Origin: a virus
Lineage: Duplodnaviria > Caudoviricetes
IMG/VR virus record: IMGVR_UViG_3300018481_000005
Coordinates: 1 to 61,795 of that record
Length of the DNA stretch: 61,795 bases
Reading direction: 5' to 3' (one strand)
In this document: positions 37,832-46,998 of the stretch, piece after piece
How positions within the stretch are numbered: position 1 is the first letter of the stretch
Layout of the letters: the number at the start of each line of letters is the position of its first letter
Position numbers and translations under genes: made by a program
Notes under the pieces: model-generated
Told to the model about the DNA's origin: nothing
The model's database searches: none
Seen by the model: the letters and a program-made list of their open reading frames with translations, nothing else

Positions 37832-39009
37832 TGCAGAAGCTAGGGATGAACAAGCGCGACTTCGACCTGTACCTTGCAGGACTCGCGCAGTCGCATATGG
37901 TCAGGACACGTGTCACGGTGTTGAACAAGAACGAGGATGAGATCGCAGAGCTCACGACCGACACGAGAACGTTCGTCCTCGGTGGTGAAGTGCAGGTCGA
38001 CCAGACAGCCGACGTGTCGCGGTCGTTGTCGCTTGAACTCCTTGACCCGCATGGGCTGGCAGAGTTCGATCCGAACACTCCGTCAAGCACGTCTCTCTTC
38101 ATGGACCGCTTCTTGAAGGTGCATCGCGAGGACTACATCTACGCGCTTGACAACTGGGTCGCTGCACCTATCTTCCACGGTCCGATCACGAAGCTTGAGC
38201 AGGACGGTGTCAACATCAGTGTCGAAGCGATGGGCAAGGAACATCTCCTGCAAGAGCCGCACCTGTACTGGCGGACGCGCACGTTCCGCAAGGGGACACG
38301 TCTGACCAAGGTGATCCGCACGTTGCTTGAAGACAAGGGTGAAGAGAAGATCGACCTTCCGAACCGCGACGAGACACTGAAGAAGCCGATCACTGTCATC
38401 GGGACCGACGTGCCGTGGAAGGTCATCGTCCGGATGGCAGGGATGCTCAACTGTTTCGCGTTCTACGACGGCGACGGCTTCTTCCGCTTGCGACCGAAGG
38501 CGAAGAACCCGTCGTACACCTTCACGGACGGAGAGGAAGGTGTGATCCTGACACCACCGAAGGAGCCGTTCGACTTCACAGGTGTACGGAACCTCATCCA
38601 AGTGCGCGGTCCGAAGCCTGACCAGAAGGACGCCAAACGTTTGGTCGTCACGAAGAAGCTGAACCCGGAAGCAGGTCTGTCAGCGCAGTCGCTCAGTCGC
38701 AACGGCAAGCCGCGATACATGGTGACGGTCGTTGAGGTTGATCCGCTGAAGGAACGCAAGAAGGGCGAACGCATGGCGACCGACCTACTCACTGGGCTGT
38801 CACGGCTCGGGACGGAGATGGAGTTTGAGTCGTTGGTCATCCCCGTGCTTGACGAGGGAGACATCTGCCGTGTTGACAGCGAGAACACGACCACCAACTT
38901 CGGCTTGAAGAAGATGACCGTTCCCGTAGGTGCAGCCGACAGCATGAGCATCGGCTTCAATAAGAAGACCCGCGTACGACGTATCCGACGGAGGCGACCG
39001 AACCGATGA
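37831..39009 (+). CDS. Minor tail protein (baseplate hub/Tal-like)
   Basis: Position; FYDGDGFFRLRP; TGATG overlap. Confidence 0.8.
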   Translation: MQKLGMNKRDFDLYLAGLAQSHMVRTRVTVLNKNEDEIAELTTDTRTFVLGGEVQVDQTADVSRSLSLELLDPHGLAEFDPNTPSSTSLFMDRFLKVHREDYIYALDNWVAAPIFHGPITKLEQDGVNISVEAMGKEHLLQEPHLYWRTRTFRKGTRLTKVIRTLLEDKGEEKIDLPNRDETLKKPITVIGTDVPWKVIVRMAGMLNCFAFYDGDGFFRLRPKAKNPSYTFTDGEEGVILTPPKEPFDFTGVRNLIQVRGPKPDQKDAKRLVVTKKLNPEAGLSAQSLSRNGKPRYMVTVVEVDPLKERKKGERMATDLLTGLSRLGTEMEFESLVIPVLDEGDICRVDSENTTTNFGLKKMTVPVGAADSMSIGFNKKTRVRRIRRRRPNR

Positions 39010-41798
39010 CGACACAGGTCCTAGGTCAGGTCCGTTCGGTCTCTGACCAGACGGCAGGCAGTGAGCTGAGCGCTGACGCAGCGATCGGTCAGACGTTGAC
39101 CGTGGAAGACCTCGAGTGGGTGAGCGAAAGCGGTGGTTCACTACTAGTAGGCACCGACGCACGCACCTACGACGCGGTCAGCTTCGTGGCCAACACCGTT
39201 CACCTGACGGTCGCCACGTCTCAGATCTGGCCGACAGGTACAAGGGTCGAGCCGAACCCGACGTCGATCAACCGCTACATGGAAGTGTGGACCGAGTCGG
39301 AAGACTACGAGGATGACCCTGAAGCGTTGACGGCACGTGTGCCAAACGTGTTCCGTGACCGCATGCCGATCGGGACACGTGAAGCCGACGCAGGTGAGTA
39401 CGTCATCGTTCAGCGCGAAGGCGATGTGGAAGGCGAGTGGGTCTTCATCGACTTCCCTGGCGAGTCGCTGGCGGTTGACCTGTCGGGTGCGATCGACCCT
39501 GACAGCCCACCGATCAGTGACGGCGTGCCTCCTACCACTTCACCGGCTGCAAGCGTTGTCGGTGCTATCGGCGCCATCGTCGTCACGTGGCCCGCTGTCG
39601 CGAACCATGACAGCATCGAGTACGAGGTTCACATCAGTACGTCTCCGGCGTTCGTGCCGACGCCTGGTGACGCGGCAACACTTGCAGCGACACAAGCAGG
39701 TGCAGGACCAGCGTGGATCCGCAAGCTTCCGAACGGCAATCCGCTTGAGTATGGGACCTTGTACTACGTGCGTCTCATCTCACGTGACCAGGACGGCACC
39801 GCGTCGGCAGGAGCCGTGGCCTCGGCGACACCTGTACAGGCAACGACAGGCGACATCGCCGTTGACGCGATCACGGCTGACCAGATCCTCGCACGCAGCA
39901 TCACCGCGCAGAAGCTACTCTCCGAGTTCGTCTTGGCCAACACCTTCTACGGAGGCGACCCGCTCAATCAGCACGTCGAGATGGACGCGAACGGCATCCG
40001 CCTGCTCGCTGCCGACGGCACTCCGATGGTCGACCTACCTACTGACCCTGCCAAGGACGCGGTGTTCAGCGGTGAAGTGATCGCACGTGCCATCACGGTG
40101 ATCGAAGCCGCAACGATCCGAGGGACGCTGACCCTTGACCGAGGCGCTTCCATGCGGTTCTCGAGCAGCATCGTCGACCCTGTCAGTCAGCCGACCGTGT
40201 CGGTGACGCGCGACAGCATGGACTACTTGAAGCACTCGACTTCTTACAACCTGATCAAGCGGCAAGGCTTCTGGTACGACGCGAGCGGTTCCGGTTCGCA
40301 GCCGACCGTCTTCTATACCGACCAGTACTTCTTTGGTGGACTCTATCTGAACTACATCGTGGAAGCGAAGCAGTCTGACGGCACGGTCGTTCGCAGCAAG
40401 CTCATGGGGTCAGGGACGAACGCTACCTTCCTCGGTACGGTGAACGGTGTCGTACGTGTTGGTTCGATCGTCTACGTGCTGTCGCGGGACACCGTCGGCA
40501 CCTACATCAGTCGTTGGAACCAGAGTGACCTGTCTGCCGCAGGTGGCAACGTCACGGTCAGCTCACACCTAGGAGACGAAGAGTTCCCGTCCCTGGCCTA
40601 CGACGGCACGAACCTGCTCGTCATCGACAGCGACAACGGTGGCTTCGACACACTTGTCTTGAAGTACACGGCTGCGAACCCTCCCGCCTACGTCAGCACG
40701 ACCACCATCAGTGGCATGGACTGGGGCAACGGTGGCATGGCGGTCGCCGAGAGCAAGTGGTGGTTCGGAGGTAACGTCTACGGCAGTAGTCAGACGGCTG
40801 GCGAGGACATGATCAAGCGCACGTCGACGGCAGGTGTTCGCGGTACATCGGATGATGACTTCGAAGCCGTCGCCGGAACAGGTGATTGCATCGGCCATGA
40901 CGGCAGTGTCTTCATCGTAGGCAGTCGCACGTCGACGAAGGTGTACAAGCACACCAACTGGACGTGGACGCCGTCGCAGTCAAGCAAGCTCTGGGTCGCC
41001 TATTCATGGTACGACCAGAACGCGACAGGAGGAACGCACGAGACCGCAGTCGGACCGCGTGCAAGTCTGACGATGGCGAAGCGAGCGAAGCTTGCTATCT
41101 CGACGCCAAGCATCCCTGGAGCCGGAGGAACGGATGACCCGAACCGCGTCCGCATCTATGCCAACTGGGGTACGTCGGAACCGACAGGCGGCAGTCCGAC
41201 ACGGTTCGCTGGCTTCCTTCAAGTTGAAGACGCGCTGACGACGCGGACCGTGTCCACCATCGACCTGACAGGATCACCTCCTGAGAACATCGGGGCGAAC
41301 TCCTTCTCCGCTGGAGGGAACGAGTCCTCCTTGCAGTCCGACACAGGTGTCCCGCTCCTGCGATCAAACGGCATCCCTCGTGTCAAGGTGAAGAATGGTG
41401 GTGGTGTCTCTGTTACGGACAACAACGCCACCGTCATCCCTCCCGCGTCTGAGGACGCTGACACGGACGGCTTCTGGGACGGGTCCGCCAACTACATCAT
41501 CATCCCGTACGCCGGACAGTACGAGGTTCTCTGTCAGCTCTCGTTCGCGGTCAGCAACTCCAATCGTCGGACTTGCACCTTGCAGTCTGCTCCGTCGCCA
41601 TACACGACATGGTCGGATCTCGGTGCTGACTTCTTCGCAGCCGCAGCCGCTGTCGGCACGGACAGGACGACGTGTCTTGTCGCCGCGATGCTTGACCAAG
41701 TCGCTGGTCAAGGCATCCGTGTCCGCGCTTACCAGAACAGCGGTGGCACTCTCAACACGACGATGCGTCTGACGCTGCTCTTCGCCGGACCGACCTAG
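39006..41798 (+). CDS. Tail tip/fibre (receptor-binding) protein
   Basis: 930 aa; FN3-like region, AITADQI/SITAQKL repeats, C-terminal C1q-like beta domain. Confidence 0.8.
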   Translation: MTTQVLGQVRSVSDQTAGSELSADAAIGQTLTVEDLEWVSESGGSLLVGTDARTYDAVSFVANTVHLTVATSQIWPTGTRVEPNPTSINRYMEVWTESEDYEDDPEALTARVPNVFRDRMPIGTREADAGEYVIVQREGDVEGEWVFIDFPGESLAVDLSGAIDPDSPPISDGVPPTTSPAASVVGAIGAIVVTWPAVANHDSIEYEVHISTSPAFVPTPGDAATLAATQAGAGPAWIRKLPNGNPLEYGTLYYVRLISRDQDGTASAGAVASATPVQATTGDIAVDAITADQILARSITAQKLLSEFVLANTFYGGDPLNQHVEMDANGIRLLAADGTPMVDLPTDPAKDAVFSGEVIARAITVIEAATIRGTLTLDRGASMRFSSSIVDPVSQPTVSVTRDSMDYLKHSTSYNLIKRQGFWYDASGSGSQPTVFYTDQYFFGGLYLNYIVEAKQSDGTVVRSKLMGSGTNATFLGTVNGVVRVGSIVYVLSRDTVGTYISRWNQSDLSAAGGNVTVSSHLGDEEFPSLAYDGTNLLVIDSDNGGFDTLVLKYTAANPPAYVSTTTISGMDWGNGGMAVAESKWWFGGNVYGSSQTAGEDMIKRTSTAGVRGTSDDDFEAVAGTGDCIGHDGSVFIVGSRTSTKVYKHTNWTWTPSQSSKLWVAYSWYDQNATGGTHETAVGPRASLTMAKRAKLAISTPSIPGAGGTDDPNRVRIYANWGTSEPTGGSPTRFAGFLQVEDALTTRTVSTIDLTGSPPENIGANSFSAGGNESSLQSDTGVPLLRSNGIPRVKVKNGGGVSVTDNNATVIPPASEDADTDGFWDGSANYIIIPYAGQYEVLCQLSFAVSNSNRRTCTLQSAPSPYTTWSDLGADFFAAAAAVGTDRTTCLVAAMLDQVAGQGIRVRAYQNSGGTLNTTMRLTLLFAGPT

Positions 41799-41885
41799 CC
41801 GGTGACGCCAGACTTGGGCTGCAAGTTCCCAAACCCACCTTCGGCCATGCCCAGCGGTAGGGACTCGCTACCTGCGCCAATCGCT

Positions 41886-41909
41886 TAGGGACCACGACAA
41901 AGGTCCCTA
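41886..41909 (+). terminator. Stem-loop at the end of the structural operon
   Basis: TAGGGACC / GGTCCCTA perfect 8-bp stem among several adjacent hairpins (41814-41953). Confidence 0.5.
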
Positions 41910-41946
41910 GCACCCACAGGGGATCGATCTTTCTTCCCTAAAGGCG

Positions 41947-41975
41947 TTGTGGGTTGGGGCCGACACCTGTACTGT
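41947..41975 (+). promoter_or_regulatory. SigA-like promoter (probable early promoter)
   Basis: TTGTGG-N17-TACTGT followed directly by a hairpin at 41982-42005. Confidence 0.55.
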
Positions 41976-41980
41976 TCTTC

Positions 41981-42480
41981 GTGTACCGCTTGCTAGTGCG
42001 GTACAGGCAAGGTCTCGGCGCAGCCGCTCGGCAGGCGCGGGAGGTGCAAGGGCTCAGTCCCTGGCAGCCCGCCCGTCAGCCCGAACTCGGTGAGCCCGGT
42101 AGGCGGCACACGGCGAAGCCATAGCAAGCATCGTCGGAGCGCGGGTCCACAGGACGCGCTTGGTGCCGCGAGCAGGTTGTCGTCGATCGATCATCCGATG
42201 ACTCCCCGCCTTGTAGCGACATCGACACCAACATCAGACGCGTCAGCGACGGTCTTGCGGGTCGGGTCAAGCGTGACACCAAGTGTTCATCCGATTGCTC
42301 ACCGGACAGGGAGCAACAGGCACCGCTGGCGGCATGCAGGTAGCACCTCCGACGACCGGACACATGATCGGTCAAGGTGCATCTAGACGGTTCATCAGGA
42401 AGTCACCCTGGGAAGAGACATCAATCTTCCCGGCGGTGATGGCGGCATGTACAAGCGTGCCGCCTTCATCGCTGTCGACA
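41981..42480 (+). ncRNA. Candidate large structured non-coding RNA or leader of about 500 nt; family not recognised
   Basis: Longest gene-free stretch; upstream promoter; at least six stems, several with G-U pairs. Confidence 0.45.
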
Positions 42481-42499
42481 CCAACGAGAGGAGGTCAAC

Positions 42500-42640
42500 A
42501 TGGTTGGCATGTTCGTAGATCACTACCTGTACGAAGACCGCATGGCGTGCGAGGATCTGCTCGCACTCTACGATCGTCAGCCCGAACTGCGCGACGAAGA
42601 CGCTGCGTTGTTCGAGTCTGGCGCAGCGGGGATCGGCTAG
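42500..42640 (+). CDS. Small acidic protein (absent from ORF track)
   Basis: GAGAGGAGGT RBS; MVGMFVDHYLYED... Confidence 0.65.
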   Translation: MVGMFVDHYLYEDRMACEDLLALYDRQPELRDEDAALFESGAAGIG

Positions 42641-42686
42641 TGCAAGACAGTCCGTCGTACCAACACTGCTACAAGGAGGAAGTCAC

Positions 42687-42821
42687 ATGCTCTACATCGT
42701 CACCTTCGTTCGTGATGGCAAGCACGAGCGTCATGAGCTTTCGTTCGCCCAAGCACGTACCCTCTCTGGCTACCTGCTTCACACCTTCGGCATCGTCGCT
42801 GACGTGGAGCGTGCTGCGTGA
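42687..42821 (+). CDS. Small protein (absent from ORF track)
   Basis: AAGGAGG RBS plus AGTCAC motif; MLYIVTFVRDGK... Confidence 0.7.
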   Translation: MLYIVTFVRDGKHERHELSFAQARTLSGYLLHTFGIVADVERAA

Positions 42822-42911
42822 CGCACCTAGTTCACCGACACGCCCACTGGTTCACCGTCCTCCTAGTAGAGGTCGGCCGCATTCTTGGCGCAGGGTACTG
42901 AAGGAGACAGC

Positions 42912-43148
42912 ATGAACATCACGAAGGTTGACACCGATCGCTACGCCGTCATCGCTGACAACGGTGAAGTCGTAGGCGAGATCCGCAAGACAACCGCTAG
43001 CGTCGGGCAGTCCACGACAAGCGGTCGCGTCCAAGTCAATCAGCGCACCGTCACTCGGTGGCGCGTCGTTGGCGATCCGTACCACTACCCGTTCACGACC
43101 CGCATGGCAGCGGCTCGCGACATCATGAAGAAGGTGCATGCCGCATGA
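42912..43148 (+). CDS. Hypothetical early protein
   Basis: GAAGGAG RBS. Confidence 0.7.
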   Translation: MNITKVDTDRYAVIADNGEVVGEIRKTTASVGQSTTSGRVQVNQRTVTRWRVVGDPYHYPFTTRMAAARDIMKKVHAA

Positions 43149-43321
43149 ACAACAACATCGAAGCACTTCGGGCAGTCATCAAGCGGTTCGGACTCAAGGT
43201 GCAAGACAAGACGGTGCAGCGCATCGTCGGTCAGTACGCGCTTGGCATCCTGACACAGCACGACGCGGAGACAGCGCTCGTGCAGTTGTCGACAGGCAAG
43301 TTCAGCCGCGTCATCCGCTGA
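43145..43321 (+). CDS. Hypothetical early protein
   Basis: ATGA overlap. Confidence 0.6.
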   Translation: MNNNIEALRAVIKRFGLKVQDKTVQRIVGQYALGILTQHDAETALVQLSTGKFSRVIR

Positions 43322-43350
43322 CGGTCGTTGGAGAGAGCGACCGCAGTCAC

Positions 43351-43381
43351 ACGTTCCACAACCCGAAAGGACAGTCACATG
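43351..43381 (+). promoter_or_regulatory. Start-associated motif ACGTWCCA...AAGG...GTCAC...ATG (representative copy)
   Basis: Copies at 42655 (variant), 43351, 43615, 43956, 44291, 47992 and 49656. Confidence 0.75.
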
Positions 43382-43600
43382 AGCACCAACATCTACTCGC
43401 TCGACATCTACGACGACTTCAGCACGGAGCCGCAGTGGCGCCTCGACTTCACCACGGTCGAGAAGGCTGAAGCTGCACAGCACATGCTCGAGACCGATGA
43501 GGGTCTGCAAGGCATCTCATGGACGCGCATCAGCATGCGTCCGCTTGACGACAAGGCGGTTGACGAGTTCTACGCCGCCATGGCTGCACTGAACGCCTGA
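43379..43600 (+). CDS. Hypothetical early protein
   Basis: GAAAGGA RBS plus motif. Confidence 0.7.
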   Translation: MSTNIYSLDIYDDFSTEPQWRLDFTTVEKAEAAQHMLETDEGLQGISWTRISMRPLDDKAVDEFYAAMAALNA

Positions 43601-43644
43601 CACACACCTGTTCAACGTTCCACAACCTAGAAGGAGTCACAGAC

Positions 43645-43944
43645 ATGAAGACGTTCGCCGCATTCGCAGAGGTCAACTTCGCCGACGGCACCACCTTCGC
43701 CTTCAGCCGTACAGGGGTCAACGCCGAAGACGCAGCCGCTCGGCTCGGCATGGCTGTCGCACATCACGACAACATCTTCAACCACAACGGCATGAAGGTG
43801 TGGCCGGAGATCCTCGTCAACGAGCTTGACGCAGGTGCCGACCCCACCGACTTCCACTTCATCCAGGAGCGGGAGGAGCGCACCGCCGACGTCGAGGAGA
43901 TGTTCCAAGCGGAACAGCAAGCCGCACGGTTCCGCAACGTCTGA
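43645..43944 (+). CDS. Hypothetical early protein
   Basis: GAAGGAG RBS plus motif. Confidence 0.75.
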   Translation: MKTFAAFAEVNFADGTTFAFSRTGVNAEDAAARLGMAVAHHDNIFNHNGMKVWPEILVNELDAGADPTDFHFIQEREERTADVEEMFQAEQQAARFRNV

Positions 43945-43985
43945 TCGTTCGTCACACGTACCACCGACCGAAAGGGAGTCACATC

Positions 43986-44270
43986 ATGCAGGACTACATC
44001 ATCACCTTGGACGGCGCAGGCACGGCCAACTGGCCGCCACGCATCGTTCGTGCAGAGAGCGAAGTCGACGCCATCCGTGCGATGAAGCTTGACACGCCTG
44101 ACATCTGCGGCAAGCTTCGCAAGCTTCCCAACCAGAGCAAGTTCCGCGACGCCGACTACCGCACGTTCTCGGTCGGCATCTACAAGGACTACCCGAAGAG
44201 TCGGTACAACCGTGTCCGTGCGATCCGGCTGCACCGCGACGGCTACTTCGTGAGCAACCTGTACGTCTGA
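43986..44270 (+). CDS. Hypothetical early protein
   Basis: GAAAGGGAG RBS plus motif. Confidence 0.75.
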   Translation: MQDYIITLDGAGTANWPPRIVRAESEVDAIRAMKLDTPDICGKLRKLPNQSKFRDADYRTFSVGIYKDYPKSRYNRVRAIRLHRDGYFVSNLYV

Positions 44271-44321
44271 TCGTTCATCGTCCACGCAGTACGTACCACC
44301 TACCGAAAGGAAGTCACAGTC

Positions 44322-45008
44322 ATGCCGAACATCAACTGCACCGAGGTCAACCACCTGGGCGACCCTTGCCGCATGAAGTTCAACCGCTACGTCGGCAAGC
44401 ACTCCACGCCTATGTGCAAGCGTCACGCTGACAAGTTCGACGCCGACACGCAGCGGTACATGAAGCTGCTCGTCGTGTCGCACGAAGAAGGCAATCACGT
44501 CAACGACGACAAGTCCGAAGGCATCGTCGACGAGGACGGTCGCCTTCTGTTCTGCAGCGCGTGCCGTCTCGAAGCTGAGAAGCGCGAGTGGCTGGAGCGC
44601 GTTGGTGACGTTGCGCTTGACGACCTGTGGAACGCCAAGGACATCTGGGAGCGTTGCACGAAGATCGTCAAGAAGGATGCCGCTGCACGTACCAAGTTCG
44701 CAGCGGACGTCGTCAACAATCCGTTCTACGCGATCGAGTGGTCGGAAGGGTTCGTCGAGCAGGTGCAGATCGCTGTGTATGCACAGCGCGTCCTGGACCG
44801 TGTCGGCAAGGAGCTTCCGACCCGCTACGGACAAGAGCCTGTCATCGGCACGTGGAACATCATCACGGCCATGCAGGCAGTGCGCGAAGAGGCGACCAAC
44901 GAGATCATGGGGACGCTGAGTCTGAGCAGCGGGCTGTTCCACCGTGACGTCGCCATCGCCAAGCAGTCGGGTGCGAAGAAGTTCGTCACGAGCACCTACT
45001 GGAGCTGA
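44322..45008 (+). CDS. Hypothetical early protein
   Basis: GAAAGGA RBS plus motif; N-terminal Cys/His cluster. Confidence 0.75.
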   Translation: MPNINCTEVNHLGDPCRMKFNRYVGKHSTPMCKRHADKFDADTQRYMKLLVVSHEEGNHVNDDKSEGIVDEDGRLLFCSACRLEAEKREWLERVGDVALDDLWNAKDIWERCTKIVKKDAAARTKFAADVVNNPFYAIEWSEGFVEQVQIAVYAQRVLDRVGKELPTRYGQEPVIGTWNIITAMQAVREEATNEIMGTLSLSSGLFHRDVAIAKQSGAKKFVTSTYWS

Positions 45009-45009
45009 C

Positions 45010-45174
45010 ATGCTCTGCGCATGCGGCAGAGCAGCGACACGGAAGCTGTTCGTTGGCGACCATGTACAAGGCGATCCGAAGTGCAACCGATGCACGGACC
45101 GAGCAGCGTTCGCGACGTTGATGCGTGAGCGTCGCGTCGTTGCCGTTCCGATGAAAGGAAAGTCACATGCCTGA
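45010..45174 (+). CDS. Small zinc-finger-like protein
   Basis: CACG...CNRC. Confidence 0.55.
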   Translation: MLCACGRAATRKLFVGDHVQGDPKCNRCTDRAAFATLMRERRVVAVPMKGKSHA

Positions 45175-46087
45175 CAAGGACACGATCCTAGAGCGCGTTC
45201 GCAAGCTGCTGGACAAGGCAGACAGCACGACGTTCGAGGAAGAAGCAGCCACGTACCGCGAGAAGGCTGACGCTCTGATGCTTCAGTACGCCATCGAGTC
45301 GTTCGAAGTTGACGCGGCTCGCAAGGAAGGAAGCAAGGAGCGCGAGTCGATCGTGCTTCACAAGTTCGTCATCTGCAAGAGCGACAACCCTGTCAAGGAT
45401 CAACTCGTCAACCTTGCAGGCATCGTCGCCAGCCACGTGCGGTGTCGGTCGGTGTTCTACGGCATGTCGACATCGCCCAAGTGGAAGATGGACGTGAGCA
45501 TCGGTGTCGTCGGCTACGAGAGCGACGTCAAGTACGCGGAGATGCTCTTCACGTCACTCTGGCTGCAACTGTCGGCGAACCTGGAGCCCAAGCCCGATCC
45601 CGAGCTTGATGACGTTGACAACTTCGTACACATGCTCGAGAACGGTGTGTCGCGCAAGCGGATCGCCGAGCTGATGGGCATGCCTGCGAAGGAGTCGTCG
45701 TATCAGCGCATCAGCAAGGCGTACATCGCGTGGTGCAAGGAGAACGACAAGGTGTATCACGGTCGCAACACTCGGCCGCTCCCTGTCACCTATGCTCGGA
45801 ACTACGCATCGGCGTTCACGTCGCGCATCGGTACGCGTCTCTACGAGATCCGCAAGCGTCAGCAGGAGCAGGTGGAGTCAACGGGTAAGGGCATCGTCCT
45901 GTTCGACCGGAACAAGCTCGTGTCGGATGCATACAACGAGATGTTCCCGCCGAAGTCGCTGTCAACGCACCGCGAACGTTCCACCGCCAAGTTCAACGCA
46001 GCGGCACAGGAGCGCGGTCGGGAAGCAGGCAACCGCGCAGACCTCGGTCAGAAGCGCATGGCGAACGACAAGAAGGAGTTGGGCTGA
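45167..46087 (+). CDS. DUF2786-domain protein
   Basis: ILERVRKLLDKA.ST..EEA...KA..LM..Y.I N-terminal signature. Confidence 0.8.
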   Translation: MPDKDTILERVRKLLDKADSTTFEEEAATYREKADALMLQYAIESFEVDAARKEGSKERESIVLHKFVICKSDNPVKDQLVNLAGIVASHVRCRSVFYGMSTSPKWKMDVSIGVVGYESDVKYAEMLFTSLWLQLSANLEPKPDPELDDVDNFVHMLENGVSRKRIAELMGMPAKESSYQRISKAYIAWCKENDKVYHGRNTRPLPVTYARNYASAFTSRIGTRLYEIRKRQQEQVESTGKGIVLFDRNKLVSDAYNEMFPPKSLSTHRERSTAKFNAAAQERGREAGNRADLGQKRMANDKKELG

Positions 46088-46088
46088 C

Positions 46089-46382
46089 ATGGCGTCACGC
46101 GCTGTCAACACGATGGTCGAGGCATACCGCAGGATGCGACAGCACGAGCTTCAGAACAAGATCGTCGAGGACGACTTGATGAACCTGATCCTCACGCTGT
46201 CGCCGCAGGAACTCAACGACTACGTCGCGATGACCGATGACATCGACGAAGCCGCTGCGATCGTCGGTCAGATGATCGAGCGCTCGGAGTTCGCTCGGAG
46301 TACGCTGCGACAGACGATCAGTCGTGACCTGAACTACGCGGGTCGCGACACCGACACAGTAGGGAGGGATGCTGCACGATGA
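46089..46382 (+). CDS. Hypothetical protein
   Basis: AAGGAG RBS; tiles with neighbours. Confidence 0.65.
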   Translation: MASRAVNTMVEAYRRMRQHELQNKIVEDDLMNLILTLSPQELNDYVAMTDDIDEAAAIVGQMIERSEFARSTLRQTISRDLNYAGRDTDTVGRDAAR

Positions 46383-46972
46383 AGACCGCTGCACGCCGTG
46401 TCAAGAACGTTGACACCTGGGCAGAACTCATCGCGGACTTCCGCGAGCACCTCGGGCCGGAGGCGGCACGAGAGCATGGCTACATGCAATGGATGCGTGA
46501 CAGCGCGTCACTGACAGTCGCGATCGATCGGGCTGCACGTGCGACGTATCCGAACGGCAAGCGTCACAACCACCAGTCACGGGTTCGTGTCTTGGAGGAG
46601 TGGCGCCTCCGTCTCCGCGCACGTCAACGTTGGTTCGACAGGTGTGACACCTTCGACCAACTGCACGATCTGTGTCACATGCTCCGTATCCCCGGGATTG
46701 GTCCGGTCACGGTGTATGACACGGCACAGCGCATCGGGGAGTATCTCGGTGTCCAGCCCACACGCGTCTACTTGCATGCTGGCGTCAAGCTAGGTGCAGA
46801 CGCACTCGGACTGGAGACGAAGGGACGGGAGCACCTGGAGATGCAGGAACTACCTCGGCCGTTGCAATCGCTCACCGCGAACGAAGTCGAGGACTTCCTC
46901 TGCGTCTACCATGAAGTGCTTCCACGGTTCAGAAAGGAGAGACACGTACCGACACGTCCGTCAGAGCGGTGA
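46379..46972 (+). CDS. Helix-hairpin-helix (DNA glycosylase-fold-like) protein
   Basis: IPGIGPVTVYD HhH motif, VYLHAG, EVEDFLCVY. Confidence 0.65.
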   Translation: MKTAARRVKNVDTWAELIADFREHLGPEAAREHGYMQWMRDSASLTVAIDRAARATYPNGKRHNHQSRVRVLEEWRLRLRARQRWFDRCDTFDQLHDLCHMLRIPGIGPVTVYDTAQRIGEYLGVQPTRVYLHAGVKLGADALGLETKGREHLEMQELPRPLQSLTANEVEDFLCVYHEVLPRFRKERHVPTRPSER

Positions 46973-46998
46973 GCACCTACACAAGGAGAGTCGCAGAT

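Noticed and set aside
42283-42915. 210-aa ORF across the structured region
   Set aside because: No good RBS, atypical composition, and it overlaps two small genes with strong RBSs in other frames.
43351-44324. Regularly recurring repeats as a CRISPR array
   Set aside because: Repeats are short, degenerate, contain the RBS and are separated by whole genes; the Cas4-like nuclease belongs to a recombination module.
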